Shown here: piece by piece, positions 47,493-58,291 of the stretch
Layout: each line of letters begins with the position of its first letter
How positions within the stretch are numbered: position 1 is the stretch's first letter
Position numbers and translations under genes: made by a program
The notes under the pieces: model-generated
What the model was told of the DNA's origin: nothing
Seen by the model: only the letters and a program-made list of their open reading frames with translations
Databases searched by the model: none
Virus record (IMG/VR): IMGVR_UViG_3300028903_000001
Coordinates: 1 to 64,000 of that record
Reading direction: 5' to 3' (one strand)
DNA length: 64,000 bases
From: a virus
Taxonomy: Duplodnaviria; Caudoviricetes

Positions 47493-48389
47493 CTATGCCG
47501 GGACAACCCCGTTCTCCCAGGGAATGCAGATGTCATCGTTTGATCCGCAGACCACATAGCTGCGGGTGCCACTCGTGAGCGTGCTCTTGAAGGCCCGCGT
47601 CGTTCCCACCCACCGTGTGAGCGTACTGAAACCCTTCCAACTCGACGTACCAGCAACGCCAGTGGACCTGGCGAACGGGATCGGAATCGTCGCATCTTCA
47701 CCGCTGCCCGAGTAGGGATTCACGCCGCAACCGTTGGGAAACGAGACCGGGCCGGATGTGGAGAAGATTTGGCTACCGGGAATGGCTCCCCATGTCGCAC
47801 CGCTCCAACCCTTCGCCGTGAGGCTGGTCGCAGTGTCCCCGGTCTCGGTGACTCGCCAGCGATCATAGGCAATGCCATGGCCGCAAAGGTAGGGGTCTGG
47901 GTCGTCGGCGTAGCCCTGCGTCACAGGCTCGTAAATGATCATCCCGCCGAAGTTTGCGCCGCTCCAGCCATAGCTGACCCAGCCGTAGGGAGCCGCGTCA
48001 TCCGCGACATGATTCCACGTCGCGGCACCGATGAAGGTGAACGTCGCGTCGGTTTGGATGAACTGCTCGTCAGCCGCCGTCGCTCTCACCGCAGCCGCGC
48101 CGCCGATGAACAGGGCACCCTTTGAGTAGAGGATGTCCCACTGCTCCTTGCCCGCCGTGCCGCCCATCGAGAAGAGCCATTCCGCGCCAGAGTCTGGCCT
48201 GCGAAGCACCATCCACGAGTTGGCGTTTTCTAGATCTGCGATGGCGGCGATGAAGTCTCCCGCGCCACCGCTCGCCCCATTGCCGCTTCTCGGCACGGTC
48301 CAGCCCACGCTGGTAAGCAAGACCTTGAACCCGTACAACGCCGCAGAGCCGCTTGCAACCACACTGTTGGATACGAATTGGAGCGTCAT
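47493..48389 (-). CDS. Spike/vertex-like protein, paralog of 45894-46832
   Basis: MTLQF...VGWT...ADDAAPYG...WKG...PWENG. Confidence 0.7.
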   Translation of the reverse strand: MTLQFVSNSVVASGSAALYGFKVLLTSVGWTVPRSGNGASGGAGDFIAAIADLENANSWMVLRRPDSGAEWLFSMGGTAGKEQWDILYSKGALFIGGAAAVRATAADEQFIQTDATFTFIGAATWNHVADDAAPYGWVSYGWSGANFGGMIIYEPVTQGYADDPDPYLCGHGIAYDRWRVTETGDTATSLTAKGWSGATWGAIPGSQIFSTSGPVSFPNGCGVNPYSGSGEDATIPIPFARSTGVAGTSSWKGFSTLTRWVGTTRAFKSTLTSGTRSYVVCGSNDDICIPWENGVVPA

Positions 48390-48392
48390 GGC

Positions 48393-49169
48393 TCACACCG
48401 GGGTGTACTTTGCATTGTCAAGAACGTGGATTTCTGCCCGCATCCTCGCGTCGAGAATGCCTGCCATATGCTCGGTAAAGGCGAAGGGGTAGACGGCAAG
48501 CGTATGGATAATGCCGTCTTCGAAGTGGGGATCGACTGTCACCGGGTCGGGGGCGACAGTGAACCAAGACGCGCCAATGATTGCGTCGAGCCCGCTCACG
48601 ATCGTTCCGGCCACGCTTCCAGAAGCAGAGTCCCATGGCACCAGTTTGCCGTCGAGAAATAGTGTCAGACCAGAGGCGTTGCCAGAACCATCGCAGGCAA
48701 CGATGACGCTGCGCTGCTGCTTATCCTCCACGTCCGCAGATGGTAAGACATTGAAGATCGCACTGGCCACCGTTGTTCCATCTTCCAGGAACATCTCAAC
48801 CGTGCTCTGCGTCAGAATCATGTACACTCCTACCGCGTCGATGGGGTGGAGCGTAGAGAAGACGGGCGCAGCCGATGTGGGCAAGTTGCTCACCAGCGCC
48901 GCGATGGTGAAGGGCTGCGCATCAACGATGCAGTTGGCTGGGGCCGTGGCGTAGTCGGTGGAGCCGTTGCCGAAGCCGATACCCCTGCGGGTGTCGAGTT
49001 GGGCCGGGAACGTGGCGGGCGTGACCCCGTCGCCCATGGTGCAGTATTGGGGCCTGGGAGCCTTGCCGCCGCAGTTGCCCGTGACCTGGACACCACCGTC
49101 CACGAACTGCCGATCAAAGGGCAGGTAGATGTTGGCGTTGCGTGCCGAGACTCGTTGTGCGCTGTACAT
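48393..49169 (-). CDS. LamG/ConA-like beta-sandwich protein
   Basis: FGNGSTDY, FTIAALV, TLFLDGK, FEDGIIHTLAVY. Confidence 0.65.
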   Translation of the reverse strand: MYSAQRVSARNANIYLPFDRQFVDGGVQVTGNCGGKAPRPQYCTMGDGVTPATFPAQLDTRRGIGFGNGSTDYATAPANCIVDAQPFTIAALVSNLPTSAAPVFSTLHPIDAVGVYMILTQSTVEMFLEDGTTVASAIFNVLPSADVEDKQQRSVIVACDGSGNASGLTLFLDGKLVPWDSASGSVAGTIVSGLDAIIGASWFTVAPDPVTVDPHFEDGIIHTLAVYPFAFTEHMAGILDARMRAEIHVLDNAKYTPV

Positions 49170-49202
49170 TTACCTATTCCCTGCCCACTAGAGGCATAAC
49201 GG

Positions 49203-52094
49203 TCATGTCACACTCACCTCTGCGGCGTAGAGTTCCGTGTCGCCGCCGTAGGGGCCGGAGAACCAAGCCACAAGATTACCTGCTCGAGACGGATACCCAA
49301 TGTTCCGACTATTGACACTCCACTGCGGCGTAACGAGAGCCCCAACGTCTTGCGGCGTCTCGATCATCACCCGTGGGTCGCAGGTAATGCTACACAAGTC
49401 ACCGTAGTAAGAGATCGGATTCAATGAATAGCGTCGGAAGAACCACCAGGTAACGGTACCATCACTGTGCAACTCAACCCACGGGGAAACATGAGCCCAA
49501 GCGACAATCGTCGAAGGTGACGGGTCGTATTGAGGCAGATCGAGACGCCTCACGTCCCACGTCATACCCCCATCTTCACTGTAGCAGCGGAGCATCTGAT
49601 CGCCGTCGGGGTAGGCACGCTCGATGCCGACCAACTTGTTGTTGCCAAGATGGACGTAGGCTCCCTCGCCAGCGTTGGTCGAATACACCTCGTCACGTAT
49701 GATGCGATCATTACGAGCGTCAGTCGTCAGGTCCCACGCAACGATGGTGGCAGCCCAACTAGGTGCCCCAGCGACCAGGGATGGCATCACGCGCACACCA
49801 AACATGCCATCCCACTCAATTATTGGACCTTGCGGGACAACACCGTTTTCGATCTGCTCCGCAGCCGACCAGGTCGCGCCTTCATCATATGACACGTATC
49901 GCCAGGCGGTAAACTCCGTCGTTGCCACGATATAGTGCGACATGCACAGAACCCATCGACCGTCACTCACCCGGCCACCGGCAAGGTTGCGCAAGTCATA
50001 CCCGGCAAGTTCCCAGACAAGCGTGGCGGCGCTCCACGTCGCTCCGTCGTCACTGCTCGTGCGCATCTTGATCACGCCGTCATCGTCTGCGTGAGTCGTA
50101 CCTTCCCGATAGTAGTAGACGTAAGTGCCGTCCGTCTTTTGGAACAGCACACCAAACGCGTCATACGTAAGAGTGTCCTCCATCACAACGGGGACGCCAA
50201 GAGACACCGTAGGAGGAGTCAGGAGTGCAGGCATGGGCCATTGGATACCGACGTCGCTGGCCAGTCTGCGGCCAATCGCTGCGAGCTGTGCATCCGTCAC
50301 GCGTTCGCACAACGTCCCAAATTCGTGGACGATGTGCTTAGCCGGATACGTCGCCACGCCGGGGAGTGCGCCGTAGGTGACCACCGCACTGGCATCCGTC
50401 GCGACCTCTCCGGTTACGAGGGCGTCGATGATTTTTACACCGTCGAGCCATACCTCGTAGTTGGTCGCAGACGACCATCGACCCGCAAGTACGAAACGCC
50501 TACCCTTGGGGAGCACAGCTACAGAGGTCGTCTCAAGCGCATAGGAACCAGTGCCGTTTGCCACGCGAAGTGTCACCGTGTCGTCTATCTCACGAATCGT
50601 TTGAATGCCAACACCGGAGGCATCCACGCAGTTAGCAAAGAGTGGTTCTGGGCTAGCGGGAAGCTCCATCGTTTTGCCACACCACCACCATGTCGATCCG
50701 CTACCATCGTGCAGATGGTTGTGTGATGCCGCTGTGGTAGATACAGCCGCCTTATCTCCATCGAATCGCAAGCCTGTGTTGCCTCCCCACTGGTCCCGAA
50801 AAGGTCGAGTCACGTCGGTGGCTTCGGCGACAACAAGCGCCGCGAAGCCCGCACCTCGCGTGCCGGGTGTCGTTGTCGAACATGTCAATCCGGTACAGGT
50901 AAAGCTGTCGATTACGATGCCTGAAGACGTGGTGAAGGCGTAGAATCCAGTTCGCGTCCCACCGGCTGTCGTGTCGACAGAGAATGTGCCGTTGTACACA
51001 ATCGGCTGTCCCTGTGTTAGCGTATATGGATACACAAGCCCGATTCCCGCCGACCGCACAGCGGTGAACCTGTACCGCCTAAACTGTGTCGTAGTAACGG
51101 TCTTGTAGATGGCCCCGTTGGTCCCAGGCGTGAACCGTGCAGCACTCCCGCTAACTGTCCAGCCAACACCTTTCGACCAATACGGATCCGAGTCGAAACC
51201 TAGGTCTGTGACCGTGGATCCAGGGAGCAGAGTCATCGTGTCTGATCGCCAGTCGGCCGCCCACCCGTCGTACGCCGCGACAAGCGCAGCGATCGATGTC
51301 ACGGTGACTGCCACCGTAGCAGACTGCGTGGTACCGCCAGGCCCCGTCGCGTCGGCCCGGAACGTCAGCGTGCCGATGTCCCCGGCGACGATGGGGTAGT
51401 CGACGTATCCAGAGCCAGAGGATACCGACGTATCCGATCCGAGCGAGGCAAACGCGCCACCATTTACCGAACCAAATACCTCAACCTCGGTTGCGTCTGC
51501 ACATGTAAACTCGATTCGCAGCACAGCCCCGACAAGGTGCGTAGTTGCAGCTACTGGAGCGGTCAGAGTCACGGTAGGCGCGAGGATGAATGGAGGAACT
51601 ACCGCATCGCTACCGAGTAGACCAGGAACCGAAAATACGTCGGACAAGGTGTAGGCGTAAAGCTCCTCGACGCTGCCTGCCCAAGCATTTCCACCACTGC
51701 TTCGTCCGCCCACGACGATCCGGTCGAAGCTCGACGTTGCAGTCGAAGCGACCTGCCCCACGACGACCGCATCGACCACGCAGATCACGTTGCCGTCGCT
51801 TTCGAAGACCCAGCCAAAGCTATGTTCGCCATCGGCAATAGCACCTCCGAGGACCACTTCTGCGGTCCCTTCGACATATGGCTCAGACAGAGCGGTTATG
51901 CCCACCTCAAGCCTAATCCCCGCTGCCGTGCCCAGGCTCAGAAGCGCCTGCTTTGCCCCACCCACTACCGTCGCCTTGGCCGCGATGGTGAACGCACTCT
52001 GCGCCCCTACGCTGTATGCCTCGGAGTAGAGCGTGTCGGGGATCGCTGCCGGGTCCCAGCGAAGGATGCAGCTATTTGCTCTTGGGTTGGTCAT
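49203..52094 (-). CDS. Multidomain receptor-binding protein: LamG, Ig-like, LamG and sialidase-like (BNR) propeller
   Basis: Asp-boxes SSDDGATWS, SYDEGATWS, SEDGGMTWD; LamG-like AFTIAA, EVWLDGVK. Confidence 0.75.
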   Translation of the reverse strand: MTNPRANSCILRWDPAAIPDTLYSEAYSVGAQSAFTIAAKATVVGGAKQALLSLGTAAGIRLEVGITALSEPYVEGTAEVVLGGAIADGEHSFGWVFESDGNVICVVDAVVVGQVASTATSSFDRIVVGGRSSGGNAWAGSVEELYAYTLSDVFSVPGLLGSDAVVPPFILAPTVTLTAPVAATTHLVGAVLRIEFTCADATEVEVFGSVNGGAFASLGSDTSVSSGSGYVDYPIVAGDIGTLTFRADATGPGGTTQSATVAVTVTSIAALVAAYDGWAADWRSDTMTLLPGSTVTDLGFDSDPYWSKGVGWTVSGSAARFTPGTNGAIYKTVTTTQFRRYRFTAVRSAGIGLVYPYTLTQGQPIVYNGTFSVDTTAGGTRTGFYAFTTSSGIVIDSFTCTGLTCSTTTPGTRGAGFAALVVAEATDVTRPFRDQWGGNTGLRFDGDKAAVSTTAASHNHLHDGSGSTWWWCGKTMELPASPEPLFANCVDASGVGIQTIREIDDTVTLRVANGTGSYALETTSVAVLPKGRRFVLAGRWSSATNYEVWLDGVKIIDALVTGEVATDASAVVTYGALPGVATYPAKHIVHEFGTLCERVTDAQLAAIGRRLASDVGIQWPMPALLTPPTVSLGVPVVMEDTLTYDAFGVLFQKTDGTYVYYYREGTTHADDDGVIKMRTSSDDGATWSAATLVWELAGYDLRNLAGGRVSDGRWVLCMSHYIVATTEFTAWRYVSYDEGATWSAAEQIENGVVPQGPIIEWDGMFGVRVMPSLVAGAPSWAATIVAWDLTTDARNDRIIRDEVYSTNAGEGAYVHLGNNKLVGIERAYPDGDQMLRCYSEDGGMTWDVRRLDLPQYDPSPSTIVAWAHVSPWVELHSDGTVTWWFFRRYSLNPISYYGDLCSITCDPRVMIETPQDVGALVTPQWSVNSRNIGYPSRAGNLVAWFSGPYGGDTELYAAEVSVT

Positions 52095-53035
52095 GGAGAT
52101 ACCGTAACTTCTATGGTTTGCGTGTGATATGCCTCTGCGGTCACACCAGCAAATTCGTAGTATGCCGTGACATAGATCTCATTCACACCGAAGACAGCAT
52201 TTACACCCTCAACGGCCTGACTGAACGTGCCATCTGGGCCATCTCCTGGTATTACGTTCATTGGGACATTCGAGCCGTTATATGTACCCGCCACCGATGT
52301 TACGTAGTCGGTATTTAGAACCGTGCCAGATATGGCAAGAGGGGTCCCTTCCTCTATCGCCTGAAGATACGACGGGCTCGTTATCTCAACTCCCATGGAA
52401 GCAAAGGTTCCAGACACGCTGTCGCTGGAGAATTCATTTGCCACAATTACAACTCTACCAATTACATACCCACTACCAGCGGCTGGGTGCGTCATGGTGC
52501 CAGAGAAGTATTGATACCCGCCGGATGAAGAGTCGTAGGCAAGAACTACACTGTCTACGTATGAGCCTTCAAGGTAGATGTCTAAATAACAGTTGCTTAC
52601 TGTGAACGTGTCTTCAAGATAGACCTCAACGGCAGACGAACCGTTTTCAGGTAAGATAAATGCAGCAGAAGGTGCGCTAACAACCACTGTTGGAGGTACT
52701 CGCAGGTCCACATTCATTTCGAAAGAGTAATAGTCAGTGGTACCATCGTTGGCCGCGAACCTGAGAACGTAAATACCTTCCGCATATAATGAAAGATCGA
52801 AGTTCTCGCTCCAGAGACCGCCACCGAAATCCGAAAGCGTTACCAGTGTCGCCCAACTTGATCCACCGTCTGTAGATATCTCCAATACACATGAGATTGC
52901 TACACCTCCATCTACCTGTACATCCGCAGACTGAAGTGCCGGATACCATGCGACGTAATCCGCAGATGGTGAAATTGGGGTAAGAACGAGGCCCGATGCC
53001 ACTCCGACTACGCAGGCATTGATGATGCACGCCAT
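52091..53035 (-). CDS. Ig-like-repeat structural protein
   Basis: Three beta-sandwich-like units (ISPS, SAPS, ITSPS); acidic. Confidence 0.6.
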   Translation of the reverse strand: MACIINACVVGVASGLVLTPISPSADYVAWYPALQSADVQVDGGVAISCVLEISTDGGSSWATLVTLSDFGGGLWSENFDLSLYAEGIYVLRFAANDGTTDYYSFEMNVDLRVPPTVVVSAPSAAFILPENGSSAVEVYLEDTFTVSNCYLDIYLEGSYVDSVVLAYDSSSGGYQYFSGTMTHPAAGSGYVIGRVVIVANEFSSDSVSGTFASMGVEITSPSYLQAIEEGTPLAISGTVLNTDYVTSVAGTYNGSNVPMNVIPGDGPDGTFSQAVEGVNAVFGVNEIYVTAYYEFAGVTAEAYHTQTIEVTVSP

Positions 53036-53038
53036 GCT

Positions 53039-56000
53039 CTACTCCAGCACGCAGACGAGAGTTGCCGTGAGGTCGTCTACGCTGCCTCCAGCAATTGCCA
53101 CGGTCCGAATATCCACGATGTCGTGCCTCGCTATTCGGTTGATCGCCTGAGTCGTTCCCACTTCCTTGTCTGAGAGATAGATTGTGTCAGCCACAGTCAC
53201 GGAGGTGAGCGAAGAAAACAAGTCACCCGTAGGCTCTACCTCGTTTCGAATCGTAGCTTTCCACGTCGCGTCAACGCCTCCCCCAGTTATCGTGTCCGCG
53301 ATGAAGAGTTGCTGCACGACACGAGAGGGGCCAGCAGATAGTGGAATGTACTGGTTGTTGGTGTCGTGGACGATGGAGGTGCCAGTACCAATGTTGCCTC
53401 CCACGAATGTGGACACCTGAATCACCCTGGAGGCGTCACCATACCAGAGGAAAGAAGCGGTCGCGTCAATGTCGCAGCCCGCCCAGATAATCTCGCTGCC
53501 GGAAAGCCCAGTGATGACGCCCCAACGGAAAAACTCCCATGCGCTGTCGATGTCTGCTCCAACCAACGCGTCTATCGTAATCGTACCTCCGAGACCAGAC
53601 CCATTGGCCTCCGTGACGTTGTAGGTGCCCGCTACCGTGTACACCTCGCTCTGTCCCACGAGGTTCTCAAGGTTCCCAGCCGAATCCCTGTCGGCGTAAA
53701 TGTCCACGCGATAGTCACCGCCCCCGATGACCACGTCTCGGAAGTACAGACGCCCACTCGCCTCGACGATGATGTCCTGAAGCCCGGTTAGGCTCATCGC
53801 GGTGATTCGTGTCGCGCCATCCGCCCAGACGTAAATGCCATCTGGCATGAAGAAGCGGATGGGCATTCCCACCTCGAAGTAGACCCGTGGGTCCGTCTCC
53901 GTGTCGATATTGCCGGTCCCCGCGTTGTAGCTCCAGGCAAGCGGAGCCGGGATCCAACCCTTACTCACCTTCGTACCCGTCGTGGTGCCCCTTATCGAAA
54001 GGCTAGCGTTGCCGGTCACCGTAGGCATCTCTGGAACTTGGGAGTTGATGACCTCGGACGTAACTGTCCCGACTGATGCATTCAACTCAAGCGAGTCAAC
54101 GCGGACACCATCGGCATTGAGGTCCACCGTACTGTCGGCGTAGTCGGAGTTGATCTCGATGGCGCTTACGTCAGAATTCTTCAAGTCCGCGTTGATTGCA
54201 ACGTTGTCACTTCCGGTGATCGTGACATTAGGATCCATCGTGACGCCCGCCAACTCCGCGTTGATGGGCACAGTCGATGTATCCGTGTCCGCGCCGATGT
54301 TGATTTGGCTATCGTCCATCCGGCCAGACAGGTATACGTTCAACTCCTCCACAACCGCAGCGTCGGGGCGGAAGTTGAGAGTCGATTCTGTGATTTCGCA
54401 GGAGGCATCGGTCGTAAAATCGAGCGCCGGGGTGTCAGCAGTTATGGTTGTGCCGGTGATCTTCGCGGAGTAAAGCGCGAATAGCATCCGGGTGAAGCCG
54501 GTTGGGAGCGTCCCGGTCGCAATCGCGATGATCTGGTCCCAGAAATCGGAGGTGCCTCGCTTGAAGACGTTGCGAAGTCGAACTTCTCCACAATCACTGA
54601 AAACTATGGTACCCCCCGTGGCCATGAAGCTAACATTTTGAAGCCTCACATACCCGCACTTTACGAAGTTCCAGCCAGCAGCGGCAACACCATCACTGAT
54701 GTCGTCAACGTTTTCTATCGTCAATCCATCTGGCGTTGTGTTGAAATACCCGTCGGCAGTGCCTCCCCCCTCGAACGCAACATATGTCGCTGCTCCCTGG
54801 TCATACGTGAGTTCCGCGAGCCGAAAGCGATTTATCGCGGTAGCGCTTATCCTGCCGAGGTATCCACCACTGAACGTGAGCGTCGTCACGCCCCTGCCAG
54901 AGCCCACGATCGAGATGTCGGTGAGCGTGTCTGGGATGACCAGGCCAGTTTCGGTGAACGTTCCGGGACCCAGCTTTACCACGTCCCCGTCCGATGCGTC
55001 GGTGAGTGCCGCCGCAACCGTCGCGTACGGCTTCGTCAGTAGCCCCCTCACAGCCGTTGCGTCGTCGCCTGCCGTGGAGACGTACAGGAACGCGGCCTCG
55101 CCAATCGCAAGGTCGTCCAGCGTATCCATGCACTTCTGGAGCGTATCGTCGAGCGCACTCAGGTTCCCGTCAAACGCTGTGGTATCAGCAGAGATTGCCG
55201 AGGCGGGATGCGAGTCGGGCTCGCTGCGACCGGCAAGGCTGTTGTGGTCCGTCGCGACGAAGCCGGTGCCGGGAATAGGAGCCGTGTTACGAAGGTCGGC
55301 GTACTCGTAGATGTACGCATTTACACTGTTCGCATAGCCGGTGCTGCAACGGTAGATCAGCTTCCAGATCGGCTTCAACTCATTGGCAAAGAAAGTTCCG
55401 AGGTTCAGATCTGAAAAACTCGCGTCCTGCGCATCCACTGCGCTGGCGTAGTCACCCTGCCCCATTATGGCGAAAACTGGCTCCACGAGATAGCCTGCTC
55501 CACCAGGGTCGGCCTGCCCCACATTGTTCGTGGCACAGATCCACATCACAGCATAATCGCCATTCGTGCTGATGTCGGAAAGGATCCAGTTGCCGCCGCT
55601 GAACGTATTGAATTGCGGAAGACGCAGGTTCGTTACCGCGTATATAGGAAAGTTCGTCACTGCGAGCTTCGCCCACGTCCCAGTCGCCCCGGTTCGGTAG
55701 AAGATGGGGAAGCGACCAGGGGTAGCGCCTGAGCCAAGCTCCTGCTCGAACATGCCGGAAGGTGCCGCGCTCCGAGTGATGGGCACCTCGATGTCCTCGT
55801 CCCAGATCGTGCCGCCACTGATCGTGATTTGCGCGTCGCCATCCGCACCACCAGAACCTGTTGCGACCCTGGCAAGACTGAGTCCGGTCTCGAACCGAGT
55901 GCCGATGGTGTAGTGCAGATACTGGTGCGTGGCCCATGGCATGTTGATGCCGTGACGCTCGTCCAAGACCGCAATCGCGTTGTTTGCCGCGTTGAGGTAG

Positions 56001-56437
56001 ACGAGTGCGACGAGCGTCGTCTTGAATCCGTAGGGCAGCGCGGCCCCATTCGAAAGCACGCCACCGTTGTACCAGAACCACCAGAGCCCAGGCGCGGGCA
56101 CGGCGATTGTGGACGACTGGTCCGTGACGAAGGTGTGTTTCTGCACACTGCCGCCACCCACCTCGAAGACCTCGAAGCTCGTGGCAGGCGCTTTGATCGC
56201 CATGGTCAGCGTCTTGGTTGCGTCGTCCCAGGTCAGGATCGTGTCGTCCCGGTCCACGACTCCCCTGGGATACGCGGCTTCGATAGGCGTACCAACCTCG
56301 ACGCCATCGATGGTCTCAAGCGCTCTCTGCACATCGGTGTCGCTGGGGCCGAGGATGGAGACGAACGCCGACGTGTCAACGACCGTGTTGACTGCCTCAA
56401 CGAAGCCTGAGCAGCAGCGGAGCATGGACGAACGCAT
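53039..56437 (-). CDS. Large spike/fibre protein with beta-helix domain
   Basis: DHNSLAGR...HPASAI motif; YVSTAGDD...PYATVAAAL...GDVVKLGPGTF; TGATG overlap start. Confidence 0.75.
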   Translation of the reverse strand: MRSSMLRCCSGFVEAVNTVVDTSAFVSILGPSDTDVQRALETIDGVEVGTPIEAAYPRGVVDRDDTILTWDDATKTLTMAIKAPATSFEVFEVGGGSVQKHTFVTDQSSTIAVPAPGLWWFWYNGGVLSNGAALPYGFKTTLVALVYLNAANNAIAVLDERHGINMPWATHQYLHYTIGTRFETGLSLARVATGSGGADGDAQITISGGTIWDEDIEVPITRSAAPSGMFEQELGSGATPGRFPIFYRTGATGTWAKLAVTNFPIYAVTNLRLPQFNTFSGGNWILSDISTNGDYAVMWICATNNVGQADPGGAGYLVEPVFAIMGQGDYASAVDAQDASFSDLNLGTFFANELKPIWKLIYRCSTGYANSVNAYIYEYADLRNTAPIPGTGFVATDHNSLAGRSEPDSHPASAISADTTAFDGNLSALDDTLQKCMDTLDDLAIGEAAFLYVSTAGDDATAVRGLLTKPYATVAAALTDASDGDVVKLGPGTFTETGLVIPDTLTDISIVGSGRGVTTLTFSGGYLGRISATAINRFRLAELTYDQGAATYVAFEGGGTADGYFNTTPDGLTIENVDDISDGVAAAGWNFVKCGYVRLQNVSFMATGGTIVFSDCGEVRLRNVFKRGTSDFWDQIIAIATGTLPTGFTRMLFALYSAKITGTTITADTPALDFTTDASCEITESTLNFRPDAAVVEELNVYLSGRMDDSQINIGADTDTSTVPINAELAGVTMDPNVTITGSDNVAINADLKNSDVSAIEINSDYADSTVDLNADGVRVDSLELNASVGTVTSEVINSQVPEMPTVTGNASLSIRGTTTGTKVSKGWIPAPLAWSYNAGTGNIDTETDPRVYFEVGMPIRFFMPDGIYVWADGATRITAMSLTGLQDIIVEASGRLYFRDVVIGGGDYRVDIYADRDSAGNLENLVGQSEVYTVAGTYNVTEANGSGLGGTITIDALVGADIDSAWEFFRWGVITGLSGSEIIWAGCDIDATASFLWYGDASRVIQVSTFVGGNIGTGTSIVHDTNNQYIPLSAGPSRVVQQLFIADTITGGGVDATWKATIRNEVEPTGDLFSSLTSVTVADTIYLSDKEVGTTQAINRIARHDIVDIRTVAIAGGSVDDLTATLVCVLE

Positions 56438-57855
56438 CAGATCGCACCCTTCTTGCCCTGCGCGGTCCACGTCGCAGGATTGTCGCTGTCAAATGTGATA
56501 CAGTAACTGTCGTACAGAAGCGGCGTATCCACGGCAAGAACCATGTCTGCCGCCGAGGTCAGGCTGATGACCCCACCGTAGAGGTCAGCAGTGATCTCGC
56601 TGTAATTACGCAGTGAGAGGTTCGGCTGCGTCGTCTCGTTGCTCGCATAGATCTTTACGCTGATCGTGGCACCAGCCGTCGCTGTGGCGAGGATGATGGT
56701 CCAGTACGGGAACGTGTCGCCACTGAAGTAGTGCGCGACTAGCGCGTCGGTCGCCACGGCTTGCGAGAAGTCGAAGGGCTCCGTGTTGTCGAAGCTCTGC
56801 ACGACCGGCACGACCTTGTCCGCGTCGGTCACCGAGTCGTAGCTGCGGCTCTGCACGATGAGCATGCGAAGCGCGTTCAGCAGCGCGTATCCCGCATCAC
56901 CATCGGTAAGGGGGACAGCTTCATAATCGTCGATGTACTTGCCACCGATCAGGACTGGGTTTGCCGTCGCCGGATCAGCGTCAGCGTCGATGCCCTGGAT
57001 CGATGGCGAAGAGCTTGGGTCGGTGACGATGAGTCGACCTTCAGAATCGAGGCGAAGGTGGCGATAGACGCCAGGGGCGAGCGGTCCCGGATCGGCAGCC
57101 TCCACAATCGCTCGAGGCTCCGTAACCAGCATCCGCAGCAGGTTCAAAAGCGCGGTACCAATATCGCCATCGTCGAGCGGAGACAGCGTTGGGTCGGCGA
57201 TGAATCTGCCACCGACCGGGACCGGGTTACGGGTTAGCGCGTCTCCATCTACATCGCTTCCCTGCGCGCTTACAATGACACGGCCCTGGTTGTCGAGCCT
57301 GAGTCTGTAGAGCAGTCCATCGGCGTATGGGCCGGGATCCGCGTCCCTCGTGATTGCGATGTCGAGCGGAAGCGTGAGAGGGGCCGCGCCCTCAAGCGTG
57401 GTCCCCTCGATAGAGACGGGCTCTTCAATCGCACCTCCCCCGCCACCCGCGCCAGCCGTGGCAGACGAGGCGGCAAACTCATAGTCACCAGCCGGTGGCT
57501 GGTCCTCGAGCGAGACCACGATTGCCACGTCCATGCGAGACGAGGCCCTGGAGTCCTTACGGTCTATGATGTTGGGAAGCGGAATGAAATGAACCTCACC
57601 GGCAGGAAGCGTGTGTGCATCGGCGAACAGGTACCACTCCTCGGTCTGCTCGTCCCAGAGATAGAGACTGACAGAGGCATCCGGTGCCAGAGCGGGACCG
57701 TTGTAGGCTAGCGCAATCGACTCGAGCGGCTCGGTGTGCGGGCCATACTGCGGCGCGTGAAACACGTTGTCGAGCAGGAGATAGGCCGCATCGGTCGGGA
57801 CCGCGTCTGTGCCGATGGTAGCATCGGTTCGAGTAAAGACGTGTTCGAGTTTCAT
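56437..57855 (-). CDS. Structural protein with internal duplication
   Basis: Two copies of DPGP....Y..LRLD..GR.IV...QG.D.D.D..T.NPV..GG.....PL.DGD.G.ALLN.LRML. Confidence 0.7.
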   Translation of the reverse strand: MKLEHVFTRTDATIGTDAVPTDAAYLLLDNVFHAPQYGPHTEPLESIALAYNGPALAPDASVSLYLWDEQTEEWYLFADAHTLPAGEVHFIPLPNIIDRKDSRASSRMDVAIVVSLEDQPPAGDYEFAASSATAGAGGGGGAIEEPVSIEGTTLEGAAPLTLPLDIAITRDADPGPYADGLLYRLRLDNQGRVIVSAQGSDVDGDALTRNPVPVGGRFIADPTLSPLDDGDIGTALLNLLRMLVTEPRAIVEAADPGPLAPGVYRHLRLDSEGRLIVTDPSSSPSIQGIDADADPATANPVLIGGKYIDDYEAVPLTDGDAGYALLNALRMLIVQSRSYDSVTDADKVVPVVQSFDNTEPFDFSQAVATDALVAHYFSGDTFPYWTIILATATAGATISVKIYASNETTQPNLSLRNYSEITADLYGGVISLTSAADMVLAVDTPLLYDSYCITFDSDNPATWTAQGKKGAI

Positions 57856-57858
57856 CGA

Positions 57859-58284
57859 TTACTTGCTTCCTTTGACGACGAGTCCAACCATCACTGCGGC
57901 CATGGCAGCCATGACGAGTGGAGGTATCCAAGGCATCGAGCCACCGCTCACCTCTACCTCATGCCTCGGAACCGGAGCGGTGCCGGAAATGGGTCGGATC
58001 CAGAACAGTTTCGTTCGATTATCAAGCACCAGCGGCTGACCATCTTTGCCTGTCCATGTCGCTTCGGCCCAGAACTGAGAGACGAAGTCAGCCTTGGTCT
58101 CTTTCCGATCGTCATCGGGCCATTCCTTGGGAAGCGTTTCCCAATCATCCCAGACCCGGACGTCAGCGAACCCAACCGACTCGAGCCCCTTCTTGACCTG
58201 GGACGAGCCAGCGAATGCCGAGGCTTCACCAGTAACGACAAGTGAGCCGCGATACCTTGTCCCAGTGCTTAGCACAAATGCCAT
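57859..58284 (-). CDS. Membrane protein, C-terminal TM
   Basis: WIPPLVMAAMAAVMVGLVVKGSK. Confidence 0.7.
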   Translation of the reverse strand: MAFVLSTGTRYRGSLVVTGEASAFAGSSQVKKGLESVGFADVRVWDDWETLPKEWPDDDRKETKADFVSQFWAEATWTGKDGQPLVLDNRTKLFWIRPISGTAPVPRHEVEVSGGSMPWIPPLVMAAMAAVMVGLVVKGSK

Positions 58285-58291
58285 ATTTGCC

